Numbered from the stretch's first letter, positions 8,535 through 19,175 are shown. The stretch: 64,000 bases of DNA from Candidatus Eiseniibacteriota bacterium (GCA_031370785.1 JANMQY010000114.1:43417-107416), one strand, 5' to 3'. Numbers and translations are program-made. The notes: generated by a model from the letters alone, not told the origin.

Positions 8535-11500
8535 TCAGAACTCCGGGCCGATGCTGAAATGCCAGCGCGGTTGAGTGGCTCCGACGCCATCGGTGCTCCA
8601 CGCGCAATCCAGCTTCGCGATCGCGAAGTAGATCGCGGTGCGGATGCCCACACCGAACCCGACCCTGGGAGAGGCCAGGCGCCGCGAGCCGTCGACGATG
8701 TGGGTGAGCAGCAGCTTCTCGCCCTCGTTCCACACCAGGCCCGCATCTCCGAAGATCGCGCCCTTGAGATTGAAGATTCCGATCGGCACCGGCCCCACCA
8801 GCCCGAGCTGCTGGATGAACGGGAAGCGCAGCTCGAGATTCATGATCGCGATCCGCGTACCGAGCAGGTCGAAGTTCGAGAAACCGCGCAGCGTCGAGTA
8901 GCCGCCCACCCGGAACGTCTGCGCATCGCGGCCGCCGCTGTAGCCGCCCAGCACCCGTCCCGCAAAGGTGTACCCGTGAGTGAGGTCCCAGTAGCGCCTC
9001 GAGTCGAGCGTGACGGTCTGATACGAGAGGCCCCGGTCCGTGACCGGGAACGAGGGGCTGTAGGTCAGGTTGTAGCGCCCACCGTTGACCGGACCGTAGA
9101 AGCCCATCAGCGAGTTGTCGCCGACCAGCGAGAGCGATGGCGAAGTCACCGATCGGAACTGCCTCCCCGACACAAAGTAGAAACCGAACGCATCCTTCTC
9201 GAAGAAGTCGCGCTCCACGAACATCTGCGTGAAGCCAATCTCCATGCGTCGGAAGCGGCTGAACGGATACGACGAACTCAGCAGCAGGCCGAAGTTCCGC
9301 TCCGAGAACAGGCGCGGACTCCCCAGCGCCTCCCCGAGCGTGGTGACCCGCGACGAATAGTAGTTCTTGAAGTGGAACACGCCGACGCTGTAGTCCCAGC
9401 GCCGCGGCAGGTAGTTGTAGATCGCGAGCGCATTGGTTTCCTGCAGCGAGCTCGAGACCACATCGGTCGCCACGTAGACACTGTGATCGCCGAGGAAGTC
9501 GCTGAACGCGAACTGGGTGCTGCCGATGAATCCGTAGCCGGTCGCGGCGTAGAAGCCTCCGCCCGCGTAGTCGGGCGAGAGGCGGACTCGATACGGTGCG
9601 GACTTCTGCCCGAGAACCGAGTCGGGCAGCGCGAAAGGACCGCCTCGATCCTGCAGCGGGACCGTGATTGCGAGCGGCGGAAGCGTGTCGATCGGCGGCG
9701 GGAACGAAGCGCGATCCCGCTCGCCGACCCATGCCGGGGGTTCGGATCGCGGCCTGCCGGTAACCCGCATCGTGTCGGCATATCCCCCGGCCGACACCCG
9801 CGGCGAAAGCGTGTCGCTCCCTGCGAGAGCCTTCACATGCGCCACGGTCACGGTGTCCGGCCATCCTTGCGCGAGCGCGCCATGGTTCGGCGTCACGCGG
9901 ATCGTATCGCGCGCCCCGCGCGCGGCGGCCTCCACGCTCAGCACCGCGAGGGGATTCTGGCGGCGCAGCCGGTCCAGCACCGGATCGAGCGACACCGGCT
10001 CGGTCACCGCGAACACGTCGAACCCGCCGTAGTTGAACGCCGAGAAGACCAGTCGATCGTTCTGGCGCGACCAGGAGATGCTCAGGATCCCACCGGTCAC
10101 GTCGGTGAGCTGGGTGAAGGTCGAGTCGCGCGAATCGAACAGCAGGACGTTCGGCGTGCCGTTCCGATCGCTGATGAACGCCAGCTTGCCTCCATCCGGC
10201 GACCATGCCGGGGAGTGATCGTCGCCGGCGGTGTCGAGGGTGCGCACGATCGAGCCGCTCGCGAGGTCGTAGTTGAAGAGTCCGTACGCGCCATAGCCCT
10301 TCTCGCGCCGATCCGGATGCAGCACGACCGGCGCCAGCCGGTCGGAGGAGAACGTGATGATGCGCCCGTCCGGGGCCCAGCACGGCTCCTTCTCGTCGTA
10401 GGTGTCGTCGGTCATGCGCGTCGCCTGCCCGGTGCGGGAGTGCACCATCCACAGGTCGGCGCGTCCGTCCTTCACCCCGACCACCACGATCGAGTCGGAG
10501 ACCGGCGACCACGCGGGGTAGTACAGCGCGTCGCATCCCAGATCGATGCGCTTGATCACTTCGCCCTTCTGCGCGCCGATCAGGTACAGCACGTCGCGCC
10601 CGGCGCTCTTGGCGGTGAGCGCGATGCGATTGCCGTCGGGCGACCAGGTGAGCGCACTGCGGAACGACGGGATGGCCTCGAACGCCACGTTGCGCTCGCC
10701 GCGGATGATGCGGCGCAGGACTTTTCCGTCCAGCGCCGACATGATGTAGACGTCGGTGTACTGACGGCGGTCCGAGAAGTACGCGATGCGGTCGCCCTGC
10801 GGCGACACGGCGGGCGCGGTGTTGAGGTTGCTCTGGTCGTGGCGGTGGTCGGTCAGGCGGAGCGCGAATTTCTCCGGGCCCTCCTTCATCGCGACCGTGG
10901 GCCAGTACTGCCGCTTGAGCCACTCGTGCCACTGCTCGTCGAACTTCTCGACCGACATGCCGACGCTGCGCAGGAACGCCCGGTCGAAGTTTCGCATCTG
11001 GCGCGAGCGCTGCAGGATGTCGCGCAGCCTGTCCTCGCCGTATCTCTCCACCAGGTAGCTGAGCGCCGACTGCCCCTGCTTGTACACGATGTAGCCGCCC
11101 GAGTATTGGAGCGGCGGCAGGTAGCCCTCGATGGTGCCGTCGCGCAGGAACATCTCGGCATTCGACTCGATCCCGAGCGAGAAGTACTCGGCCATGCCTT
11201 CGGCGAACCACAGCGGCATCTGGTAGAAGCTCTGGCGCGCGATGAGCGCGGTGGCCGAGCCGCCGTAGAGCATGTCGAACATGATCGCGTGGGTGAGCTC
11301 GTGCACCACGACGTGGCGCAGGTCCTCGTAGGAGCCGGTGAACGGCAGCACCACCCGGTTGCGCAGCACTTCGGTGAAGCCCCCCGTGCCGGCGTCGATC
11401 AGCTCGGGGGTGACGTTGGTCTGGGCGAAATCGTTGTGCGAGCCGTAGAGGATGATCGGGACGCGCCGGCCCAGGGTGTGGCCCATGCGCCGGGACAGGC

Positions 11501-11720
11501 GGTCATGGGTCTTCTCGGACAGGTCCATGACCCGCATCGCGAGGCTGTCGAGCCCGGGGTAGAAGTACACCTCGAAATGGTCCGAGGTGATGGAACGCCA
11601 GTCGTAGCGCCGGTACTGGACCTTGTTCTGGCCGAAGTACTGGGCATGGGCCGCGCCCGCAACACCGAGCAGCGCGAACAGCGTCAACGCCAGAACCCGC
11701 CTCGCCCTCATCCCCTGCAT
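8535..11720 (-). CDS. Secreted/outer-membrane protein: gluzincin-like metallopeptidase + PD40/TolB-like beta-propeller + Omp85 barrel
   Basis: Signal peptide (AHA|QYFGQNKV); HELTH...WFAEGMAEY zinc motif; repeated PAWSPDG blades; barrel with TLRGF motif and C-terminal FSIGPEF beta-signal. Confidence 0.85.
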   Translation of the reverse strand: MQGMRARRVLALTLFALLGVAGAAHAQYFGQNKVQYRRYDWRSITSDHFEVYFYPGLDSLAMRVMDLSEKTHDRLSRRMGHTLGRRVPIILYGSHNDFAQTNVTPELIDAGTGGFTEVLRNRVVLPFTGSYEDLRHVVVHELTHAIMFDMLYGGSATALIARQSFYQMPLWFAEGMAEYFSLGIESNAEMFLRDGTIEGYLPPLQYSGGYIVYKQGQSALSYLVERYGEDRLRDILQRSRQMRNFDRAFLRSVGMSVEKFDEQWHEWLKRQYWPTVAMKEGPEKFALRLTDHRHDQSNLNTAPAVSPQGDRIAYFSDRRQYTDVYIMSALDGKVLRRIIRGERNVAFEAIPSFRSALTWSPDGNRIALTAKSAGRDVLYLIGAQKGEVIKRIDLGCDALYYPAWSPVSDSIVVVGVKDGRADLWMVHSRTGQATRMTDDTYDEKEPCWAPDGRIITFSSDRLAPVVLHPDRREKGYGAYGLFNYDLASGSIVRTLDTAGDDHSPAWSPDGGKLAFISDRNGTPNVLLFDSRDSTFTQLTDVTGGILSISWSRQNDRLVFSAFNYGGFDVFAVTEPVSLDPVLDRLRRQNPLAVLSVEAAARGARDTIRVTPNHGALAQGWPDTVTVAHVKALAGSDTLSPRVSAGGYADTMRVTGRPRSEPPAWVGERDRASFPPPIDTLPPLAITVPLQDRGGPFALPDSVLGQKSAPYRVRLSPDYAGGGFYAATGYGFIGSTQFAFSDFLGDHSVYVATDVVSSSLQETNALAIYNYLPRRWDYSVGVFHFKNYYSSRVTTLGEALGSPRLFSERNFGLLLSSSYPFSRFRRMEIGFTQMFVERDFFEKDAFGFYFVSGRQFRSVTSPSLSLVGDNSLMGFYGPVNGGRYNLTYSPSFPVTDRGLSYQTVTLDSRRYWDLTHGYTFAGRVLGGYSGGRDAQTFRVGGYSTLRGFSNFDLLGTRIAIMNLELRFPFIQQLGLVGPVPIGIFNLKGAIFGDAGLVWNEGEKLLLTHIVDGSRRLASPRVGFGVGIRTAIYFAIAKLDCAWSTDGVGATQPRWHFSIGPEF

Positions 11721-11814
11721 GCCGCGTCCTTTCGTCCCGATCGTGGACTCGATCCCGAGATCAGCTTACACCGCTTCAGACGTTCCAGGTTCCTTCGAGT
11801 TCCGAGCTTCTCCT

Positions 11815-14800
11815 TCAGTACTCCCAGCGTGCCTTCAGGTTGACGTTGAAGTCGGGCGTTCCGCTGCTCGGCGCCGTGATGCCGGTCACCACCCGACGCT
11901 GCGCGATCTCGGTCGAGACGAAGATGAAGCGGTTGATCCGGTACTCCGCCTCGACGTCGCGCTCGAACAGGACGTCGCTCTGCGGAGTCGCGCTGTAGCG
12001 GGTGAAGCCGTGCAGCACCTGACTGTACTTGAGGCTCAGACGACTGTTGATCTGACTGCCGGCCGAGATGATCAGGTCGCCTTCGCCGAGCAGCCCTCCG
12101 CGGTCGCGCTCCAGCGACCATTCGTTCACGTAGTTGCCGAACGCCTTCGAAAGGTCGGCGCTCAGCGACCGGTTGATGGCCCGGGTGATGTAGTTGTCGA
12201 GCGGCTGCTGCACGGAAAACTGTCCCCCAACGCGGAATGTTCCGTACGTCATTTCCTGAAGGATCGCGGCCTGATCCCAGGAGTTGACGCCGCTCTCATC
12301 CACCAGCGTGACGAGCGGGGTGTTGGCCCGGCCGGTGATGGTCACCCGGATGTTGTGCGCAGTCTTGTCGTCGGAATTCTGCGAGGATCCGACGATGCGC
12401 GTCGTGGCCTCGATGTCGAGCACCGGGTTCGTGCCCCCCACGTTATCGAACGTGAGGTCCGAGCGGGTGATGGTAAAGCGATTGCTCAGGAAGTAGTAGG
12501 TCCCGCGCAGTGCCTCCATCTCGCCGAAGATGATCAAGGAATCCCGGGTCTGCTCGAGGTTGAGGTCGGCCGCGAATTCGATGTCGCCCTCGGGCGGACG
12601 CCAGCGCAGATTGCTGTTGGCGACGAGGTGGATCTGATAGGTCCAGAACAGAGGCTGGGTCGCGGCCGCGATCTGCTGCATTTCGGTCTGGTTGCTGAAG
12701 TCGAACAGGATCACCGCGCGTTTCACGTCCGCCTTGCCCTGCACCATCGGCAGGGTCACGTTGTGCACGCGAGGGCCGTTGGTGACCGTGAAGTCGCCGT
12801 CGAACTCGGCGGCATAGAGTCCGTGCTCGGCGGCCGAGAAGTTGCGCATCTCGAGATCGAACGCGTAGCCCTTGAGCGCGAGACCGTTCAGGTCGACACC
12901 TCCGCGCGCGCGCACGCGGCCGCGTGGCCCCTGCCGTGCGGTGAGAGAGTCCAGGGTCACGCGGTTCTGGTCCACGCGCAGGTCGGCATGGACCGCTTCC
13001 AGCACCTCTTCGCGGGCGGCGAGTCGCACCGTTCCGTCCCGGATCTGGATCTGCCCATCCAGGTTCGGGTGGCGCGCGGTCCCGGCAACTCTTGCTTTGA
13101 GCAGGAAGCGCCCCGCCGCCGAGCCGATCTGCGGGACGAACAGCGGCATCAGCGCCAGATCGCCGTTCGGAATCTCGACATCCCATTGCATCGGGGCCTC
13201 CGGCAGGACCGGAGGGCGACCGAGTGCGAGCTGGAGCGGCATGTAGCCGGACGCCTTCGAGACCACGGCGCTGCGGGTCATGCGCGCTTCGCTGACGTCG
13301 AGCCTTCCGGCGGCGTAACGCGCGCGCACGTCGAGTTCGTCCGCGCGATAGTCCTTCCATGCCGGAGCCACCATGTGCGCGTGCACGTCGAACGTCGGCG
13401 CCTGCGGGCTGCCGCTCACGTTGACCCCTCCCGAGAGCGTGCCCGCCCACCCTTCCGCCGCCGGGACCAGTGTGCCGAGCCGGTCGATCGGCAGGTCCCT
13501 GGCTTCGACCGTGCCCTGCCAGCTCTGAGCGTCCGAGAGCCAGCGCAGCACTCCATCGGCGGTGAGCGTGTCGGGCCATGCGCGCGCGGTGCGTTCGACC
13601 TTCCCGCGCGCATCGAGCGTTCCGCCACGCAGCAGCAGCTTCGCCTCCTTCACCTCGAGGCGCGAAGGCGCACCGGCCAGCTCGAGCCGGATCGAATCGG
13701 CGGCATGGCCGCTCTTGCCCGGCGCGCGCGCGATTCCGGTGAACGCCCAGCGCGGATCACCGTTTTTCCCCTGAACCTGGAGCATGGCATCCGCGCGACC
13801 GCTCAGCTGCCACTCGAGCGGCAGGCCGAGGCGGGCGAGATCGAGTCGCTCGGCTCTCCCGCGCCAGTCGTAATCGCCATGTGGACCGGCCCAGCGACCC
13901 GAGATCGCCAGGTGCGCATCTCCGTCGCGCGCCTCGAGCCGGTCGAAGGTGACTCCGCTTGGCACGCCGTGCAGCTCGACCGGCGGGACGGCCACCCAGT
14001 GGAACTGAGTGCTCTGCGCCTTCGCGCGATCGAGGCTCAGCGTCCAGCCGTCCTTGCTCCAGAGCGACCGTCCGGCGAGGGTGAGCACGGTGTCTCCCGC
14101 CATCGCTCGGACCGACTGCATCTCGAGCTGGCGGTCCCCGAGGTGAAGGGCGGCAGTCGCGCTGTCGAAATGAACCGCGAGATAGGTCAGGTCTTCGAGA
14201 CGCGCGTCGGCGAGCATGTCGGGCACGTTGAGCAGCGCGCCGTTGATGTGTTCGAGCTTCCAGCGCGCCGCGTGCATGCCGAGCCAGTCGGTCTGGATTC
14301 CAGCGAGCACGCCGGTTACGTACAGCTTGCCGCCTCGGGCATCCACTCCGCCCGCGCCCTGGGTGAGCGTGCCGCGGATGCCGCTTGCGCGCCCATCGGG
14401 CCACTCATCCAGCGCGTAGCGCGCCACGGTGTAGCTGCCGTTCCAGCCCGGCGTCCTGGTGCGGCCGTGCAGCACGGCCTCGCCGCCTCGGCGCAGCATG
14501 CGCACGGTGAAGCTGTCGGGCTGAGGATCGGGCGGCATGTCCATCACGAAGTCCGCGCTGTCGGCACGCCATCCCGCGAGCTCCGACCCCAGCAGATGCG
14601 CGGTCAGGTGACCGGAGCCGTGCGGGCGCGTGTCCACGTTGTAGCGGAAGCGCCCGTTCAGGTTGCCGACGGGCCACCCGGTGATATGCAGCGCCTCCCA
14701 GTTCGAGGGATCTCCGTTCTTCACCGCGCCGCCGATCGCCCAGCCTTCGTGCGCCCAGTCCATCCGCCCGTCGAGCACGCCCGCCGGCGAGCGGAATGCG

Positions 14801-15849
14801 AGCGGAACGACCGCCAGCCGCTTCTGCTCGTAACGGAACACACCCTCGCCATCGCCTTTCAGGCTGTCCCAGTCGACGTGGGCGGCGAAGCGCCCGTGCC
14901 AGTCGCGTGCGCCCTGCAGGTCGACCGCCGCGCGGCCATCCCCCGGCACGTCGAACGACTTGTTGTCGAACAGCCGGGCCAGCAGTCTCCAGCGCACGCG
15001 CCCGATGTCGACGTGTGCGCGACGCTCGGTCGCTCCCTTCTGCCACGCTCCGGTTGCGCGCAGCTGCAGCTCTTCCGAGCGCAGCTCGCGGATCTCGAAC
15101 CGGACGCTGTCGCTGACCGAGTAGTTCCCGGCGAGTCGCTCGAGCGTGGTGCCGTACGGCCCGTGCTTCCAGCTCAGATCGACCAGGTCGATGCGGGTCG
15201 GCGAGGTGTTCGCGACCACGTCGAGATGGCCGCCCTCGGCGTGCAGCTCGGGGTCCGGAGTGATCAGCGTCGCGTTCTGGACGATCAGATGCACGCGCAG
15301 CGACGATTGCCTGCCGCTCGCGGGGCTGCTCTTCCATTTCGGCAGCCTGAGCTTCCCGTCAGGGCCGCGCGCGAGCCGGATGATCGCCTCGTCCATGGTC
15401 ACGTCCACCCAGCGCCGGTTGGGCTGCAGCAGCGAAAGCGTGGAGTAGCCGACCTGCATACTGCGGGCCTCGAGCAGCGTCGGGCCCTTGCCGTCCCGGA
15501 ATTTCACACGCGGCTCGATGACGCGGATGCCGACCAGCGGATTGCCGCGGATGTCCTTGATCTCGATCACGACATCCGAGTGCGAGGCCAGCGTCTGGTT
15601 CAAGAACAGGGTGAGCTCCTGTGCCACCCATTCGGTGCGGTTCGCGAGATAGAGTCCGATCGACACCACGATCAGGACGACGAAGCCGACGATCGCGAGC
15701 AGGCTGAGCCAGATCAGCTTCCCGACCGTCCAGCGCACCGGCTCGGGGACGTGCTCGACCACCTCCGCGATCTCCTCGCGGATCTCTTCGACCAGCCCGT
15801 GATGCGGCTCGGTCGGCTCGGGAGCGTCAGGCTCGCGGGGTTCGGTCAT
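11815..15849 (-). CDS. tamB: Translocation and assembly module protein TamB (AsmA-like)
   Basis: N-terminal TM anchor, long beta-rich body, C-terminal DUF490-like region (GTYYFLSNRF...NPVLDIEA...RVTITG); adjacent to an Omp85 gene. Confidence 0.85.
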   Translation of the reverse strand: MTEPREPDAPEPTEPHHGLVEEIREEIAEVVEHVPEPVRWTVGKLIWLSLLAIVGFVVLIVVSIGLYLANRTEWVAQELTLFLNQTLASHSDVVIEIKDIRGNPLVGIRVIEPRVKFRDGKGPTLLEARSMQVGYSTLSLLQPNRRWVDVTMDEAIIRLARGPDGKLRLPKWKSSPASGRQSSLRVHLIVQNATLITPDPELHAEGGHLDVVANTSPTRIDLVDLSWKHGPYGTTLERLAGNYSVSDSVRFEIRELRSEELQLRATGAWQKGATERRAHVDIGRVRWRLLARLFDNKSFDVPGDGRAAVDLQGARDWHGRFAAHVDWDSLKGDGEGVFRYEQKRLAVVPLAFRSPAGVLDGRMDWAHEGWAIGGAVKNGDPSNWEALHITGWPVGNLNGRFRYNVDTRPHGSGHLTAHLLGSELAGWRADSADFVMDMPPDPQPDSFTVRMLRRGGEAVLHGRTRTPGWNGSYTVARYALDEWPDGRASGIRGTLTQGAGGVDARGGKLYVTGVLAGIQTDWLGMHAARWKLEHINGALLNVPDMLADARLEDLTYLAVHFDSATAALHLGDRQLEMQSVRAMAGDTVLTLAGRSLWSKDGWTLSLDRAKAQSTQFHWVAVPPVELHGVPSGVTFDRLEARDGDAHLAISGRWAGPHGDYDWRGRAERLDLARLGLPLEWQLSGRADAMLQVQGKNGDPRWAFTGIARAPGKSGHAADSIRLELAGAPSRLEVKEAKLLLRGGTLDARGKVERTARAWPDTLTADGVLRWLSDAQSWQGTVEARDLPIDRLGTLVPAAEGWAGTLSGGVNVSGSPQAPTFDVHAHMVAPAWKDYRADELDVRARYAAGRLDVSEARMTRSAVVSKASGYMPLQLALGRPPVLPEAPMQWDVEIPNGDLALMPLFVPQIGSAAGRFLLKARVAGTARHPNLDGQIQIRDGTVRLAAREEVLEAVHADLRVDQNRVTLDSLTARQGPRGRVRARGGVDLNGLALKGYAFDLEMRNFSAAEHGLYAAEFDGDFTVTNGPRVHNVTLPMVQGKADVKRAVILFDFSNQTEMQQIAAATQPLFWTYQIHLVANSNLRWRPPEGDIEFAADLNLEQTRDSLIIFGEMEALRGTYYFLSNRFTITRSDLTFDNVGGTNPVLDIEATTRIVGSSQNSDDKTAHNIRVTITGRANTPLVTLVDESGVNSWDQAAILQEMTYGTFRVGGQFSVQQPLDNYITRAINRSLSADLSKAFGNYVNEWSLERDRGGLLGEGDLIISAGSQINSRLSLKYSQVLHGFTRYSATPQSDVLFERDVEAEYRINRFIFVSTEIAQRRVVTGITAPSSGTPDFNVNLKARWEY

Positions 15850-15853
15850 GGAT

Positions 15854-17788
15854 TCAGAAGGCCGGGCCTATGGCGAACTGCAACCGGTTGGGAACATTGC
15901 GCGGGAGCAGCGTGACATCGAAGCGCAGCGGCCCGAACGGCAGGTTCAAGCGCGCCCCGGCGCCAAAGACGTAACGCACGTCGCCGGGATCGGGCAGCGT
16001 GTCGTCGGTTCGAACCGCGAAGTGCGACGCCTTGATGTACGACGGGCGCGCCCAGACATTCCCGGCGTCGGCGAACAGCTCCATGCCGAACGGGCCGATC
16101 AACGGCACGCGCAGCTCGAGGTTGGCGAGCAGCATGGCGAGACCGCCCGAGGGAGGCAGGGTGTTCTCGCGGAAGCCGCGGACCGAGTTCACGCCTCCGA
16201 GCCGGAATCGGTTCTCCAGCGGCACGCGCGATACCTGCGTATCGGTGACTTCGGTTCCCTGCGGGGTGAACTGGTTGGCGCGCCCGAACGGGCCGATCAC
16301 GCCGCCCCGCACCCGGCCGGCCAGAACCGAAACTCCGATCGGCGTGTACCACGACGATCCGGTCTGGGCCTTGGTGTAGCTGCTGCTGCCGGTCAGCGGG
16401 CCGCCCGAGATCTCGATGGTGAGATTCTGAAGCGAGCCGCGCCCCGGGTTGATCGGAAAGTCGCGCAGGTCGCGATCCAGGGTCAGGCTCAGGCGATGTG
16501 CGGTGTACGAACGCGGCGCGCTCTGGAACAGCGGGTCCTGCATCGCGGCAGTCAGCGCCGAGTCCTGCGCGGTGATGCGGATGTTCTGCTTGACGAACGC
16601 GTTGTCCTGCGTGAGCGCGAGCCGCACGTAGCGCCCGAATTCCCTGCGGAGCTGGAACGTGATGCCGGGGGCCTGCTGCTCGACGACCCAGCGCGGATCG
16701 CTGACGTAGTCGTTGTGCTTGTCGTAGTACACCGTGAACTGTCCGCGGGTGCGCGAGCCGAGCAGCCACGGCTCGAGCAGCGACGCCTCGGTGCGGGTGA
16801 GCAGGAAGCGCGCCTTGTCATCGAACGAGAGCCTCGAGCCGAGCGTGCCCTGCAGGCCCTGCCCGCCGACGTTGCGGTGTCCCCATTCCGCACGAACGCT
16901 GAAGCGCTCGACCGTGCCGCTGCCGATGCCGGCGTCCACCCAGCGCATCTTGCGCTCGCGCACCCTCAGGTCGATCTCGATGGTCGAGTCGATCGGGAGC
17001 GGCGAGATCTGCACCTCGCTGAACAGACCGGTCTCATAGAGGCGTTCGAGCGAGCGCGTGATCTTCGAGCGGCGGTAGAGGTCGCCGGGGCGAATGAGAA
17101 TCTCGCGATCGATCAGCTTGCGCTGGACGTGCAGCTCCCCGGGGGAGCTGAGCAGCACCTCGCCGAATCGGTAACTCCTGCCCTCGAAGATCTCGTAGCG
17201 GACGAAGACGTCCAGGCTCTCGCGCCGGCTCTGGGCGGCGATGTGCGGGCGAAACCCGCGCTCCTGATACGCCTCCGAGATACGCGCGGTGTCGGCGACC
17301 AGGAACGAGGGGTTGAACGGCCGGCCGGGGCGGGCGTAGAGGCGCTTGCGAAGCTGGTCCTCCGGGTAGCTCCCGAGGCCAACCAACTCGACGGCCTTGA
17401 TGCGCGAGAGCTTTCCCTCGACGATGTTGAAAGCCACGGTGGCCCGGGTGCGATCCTTGCCAAGCTTGACCTCGTACCCCACGCGCGCGTCGAGGTATCC
17501 ATGCTGCCGGTAGACACTCGCGATCGCGAGCGTGTCGGCGCGGACGAAGTCGAGGCGCAGCAGCGGTCGCTCGCGCCACGGGAAGATCGAGGCGGCGCGC
17601 GTCTTCATCACCACGCGCAGCTCGCGGCCGGAAACATGGTGGCGCCCCTTCAGGCGGACGCTTTCCACGGTTTCGAGCTCACTCGGCAGTTCGTTCTGTG
17701 CCCGCGCCCGGGTCGCAGGCGCGAGGGCGAGCAGCAGCGCCACGGCGACCAGCGCATACCGCGGGCCCCTACGGCGGCGAGGGCGCAA
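15854..17788 (-). CDS. Omp85-family outer-membrane protein (TamA-like, about 3 POTRA domains)
   Basis: Signal peptide; POTRA motifs YRQHGYLDA, YQERGF, LYETGLFSEV; GGVNSVRGF; C-terminal FAIGPAF. TTG start after a GGAG SD is inferred. Confidence 0.85.
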   Translation of the reverse strand: MRPRRRRGPRYALVAVALLLALAPATRARAQNELPSELETVESVRLKGRHHVSGRELRVVMKTRAASIFPWRERPLLRLDFVRADTLAIASVYRQHGYLDARVGYEVKLGKDRTRATVAFNIVEGKLSRIKAVELVGLGSYPEDQLRKRLYARPGRPFNPSFLVADTARISEAYQERGFRPHIAAQSRRESLDVFVRYEIFEGRSYRFGEVLLSSPGELHVQRKLIDREILIRPGDLYRRSKITRSLERLYETGLFSEVQISPLPIDSTIEIDLRVRERKMRWVDAGIGSGTVERFSVRAEWGHRNVGGQGLQGTLGSRLSFDDKARFLLTRTEASLLEPWLLGSRTRGQFTVYYDKHNDYVSDPRWVVEQQAPGITFQLRREFGRYVRLALTQDNAFVKQNIRITAQDSALTAAMQDPLFQSAPRSYTAHRLSLTLDRDLRDFPINPGRGSLQNLTIEISGGPLTGSSSYTKAQTGSSWYTPIGVSVLAGRVRGGVIGPFGRANQFTPQGTEVTDTQVSRVPLENRFRLGGVNSVRGFRENTLPPSGGLAMLLANLELRVPLIGPFGMELFADAGNVWARPSYIKASHFAVRTDDTLPDPGDVRYVFGAGARLNLPFGPLRFDVTLLPRNVPNRLQFAIGPAF

Positions 17789-19175
17789 CCGTTCTCTCCC
17801 GGGGAGCCGGATGAGGCGCGCGGTCCAGCGCGCGCTGCCGCTGAATCCACCGCCACGGGTCATTGGCCAGGATCAGGATGAACAGCGTTCCCAGCACCAC
17901 CAGCCCGGCCTTCTGGAAATTGAGATAGCTCCTGGCCGACAGCCCCCTGCGACGAATGCCCTCGATCAGCGCGAGCAGGATGTGCCCGCCGTCCAGCACC
18001 GGAAGCGGAAGAAGGTTGAACGCCATGATCGCGATGTTGATGAGCGCAAGGAACTGCAGGTAGGAGTCGAGCCCGCGCTGCGCCTGCTCGCGGGCGGCCT
18101 GCGCGATGAACAGTGGACCGCCCAGGTACTCGCGGTAATAGAGCGGGCGCGTGAGCGTGAGCCACATCCCGCCGTACACGTTGGCGACCAGCGCTCCAGT
18201 GGCGTGAAACGCAACGTCGACCGATTCGATGAGTCCGTACTTCTGTATGTAGACACTGTGGTGCGGCGCCTCGATGCCGATGCGCGCGTTCGGGCCGTTC
18301 CCGCCTTCGGGATTGAAGGGCGTGACCGTGACATCGAACTCCTGCCCGTCGCGCAAGACCCGCAGCCTGACCGGGCGATCGACCTGCCCTTTGAATGCTT
18401 CGGGCAGCTCGCTCCATGCCCGGATCGGGCGCTCGTTCACCGCGAGAATGCGATCGCCTTCGCGCAGACCCGCCTTGTACGCGGGCGCTCCGATCGCTAC
18501 CGCTCCGATCACCGGCGGATCCTGCGGACGGTGCATGCTCGAGAGCACCGGCTCGCGCCGCTCCGGCGTGAGCTTCACCGGGAACCGCTGCGCGCCGCGC
18601 TCCACGACCAGGTCGAGGGGCTTGGAGCCTGGACTCTTCTCCGCAGTCATGAAGATCTGAACCCAGCTCGTGACCGGCTGGTCATCGACCGCGACGATCC
18701 GGTCGCCGGCACGCAGTCCAGCCTGATATGCGGCGCTGGTGTCCGGAACGGCGCCCAGCACATTCGGAGCGTCTGGATACGCGACGCCGATCATTCCAAC
18801 CACCGCGAGGACGAGGAACCCGGTGATCAGATTGGCCGCAGGGCCAGCGATCGCAATGATGACCCGGCCGTACCAGGGATGCGACAGGAACTCGTTCGGG
18901 CTCCCCGGCATGGAACCATCATCACCGGGACTGTCGCCCGCCATCTGCACGTAGCCGCCGAGCGGGATCCACGACAGGCGGTACTCCGTGCCGCCGGCTT
19001 CGAACTTGAAGAGCGCCGGACCAATGCCCAGCGAGAAGCGCAGCACCGTTACCCCGCGCAGCTTCGCGGCAAGGAAATGCCCGAGCTCGTGGACGAAGAT
19101 CACGAGCCCGAGCAGAACGATGCCGGGAACGGCGCCGGCGAGCAGCTGAAGCAGGTGTTGCAGCGCGTTTCCCAT
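17769..19175 (-). CDS. rseP: RIP metalloprotease RseP
   Basis: HELGH, IPLGGYV, AGPAAN, two PDZ domains, NLLPLPVLDGG. Confidence 0.96.
   Translation of the reverse strand: MGNALQHLLQLLAGAVPGIVLLGLVIFVHELGHFLAAKLRGVTVLRFSLGIGPALFKFEAGGTEYRLSWIPLGGYVQMAGDSPGDDGSMPGSPNEFLSHPWYGRVIIAIAGPAANLITGFLVLAVVGMIGVAYPDAPNVLGAVPDTSAAYQAGLRAGDRIVAVDDQPVTSWVQIFMTAEKSPGSKPLDLVVERGAQRFPVKLTPERREPVLSSMHRPQDPPVIGAVAIGAPAYKAGLREGDRILAVNERPIRAWSELPEAFKGQVDRPVRLRVLRDGQEFDVTVTPFNPEGGNGPNARIGIEAPHHSVYIQKYGLIESVDVAFHATGALVANVYGGMWLTLTRPLYYREYLGGPLFIAQAAREQAQRGLDSYLQFLALINIAIMAFNLLPLPVLDGGHILLALIEGIRRRGLSARSYLNFQKAGLVVLGTLFILILANDPWRWIQRQRALDRAPHPAPRERTVAPSPP

Noticed and set aside
11780..11812. Short GGAAC repeats between tamB and the peptidase-Omp85
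   Set aside because: Too short and irregular to support an operator or an array.
1051..17881. Very long plus-strand ORFs (951, 1182, 1094, 1430, 677 aa) and similar ones throughout the window
   Set aside because: They are antisense shadows of well-supported minus-strand genes, expected from high GC3. They are Arg/Ala/His-rich with no recognisable motifs.
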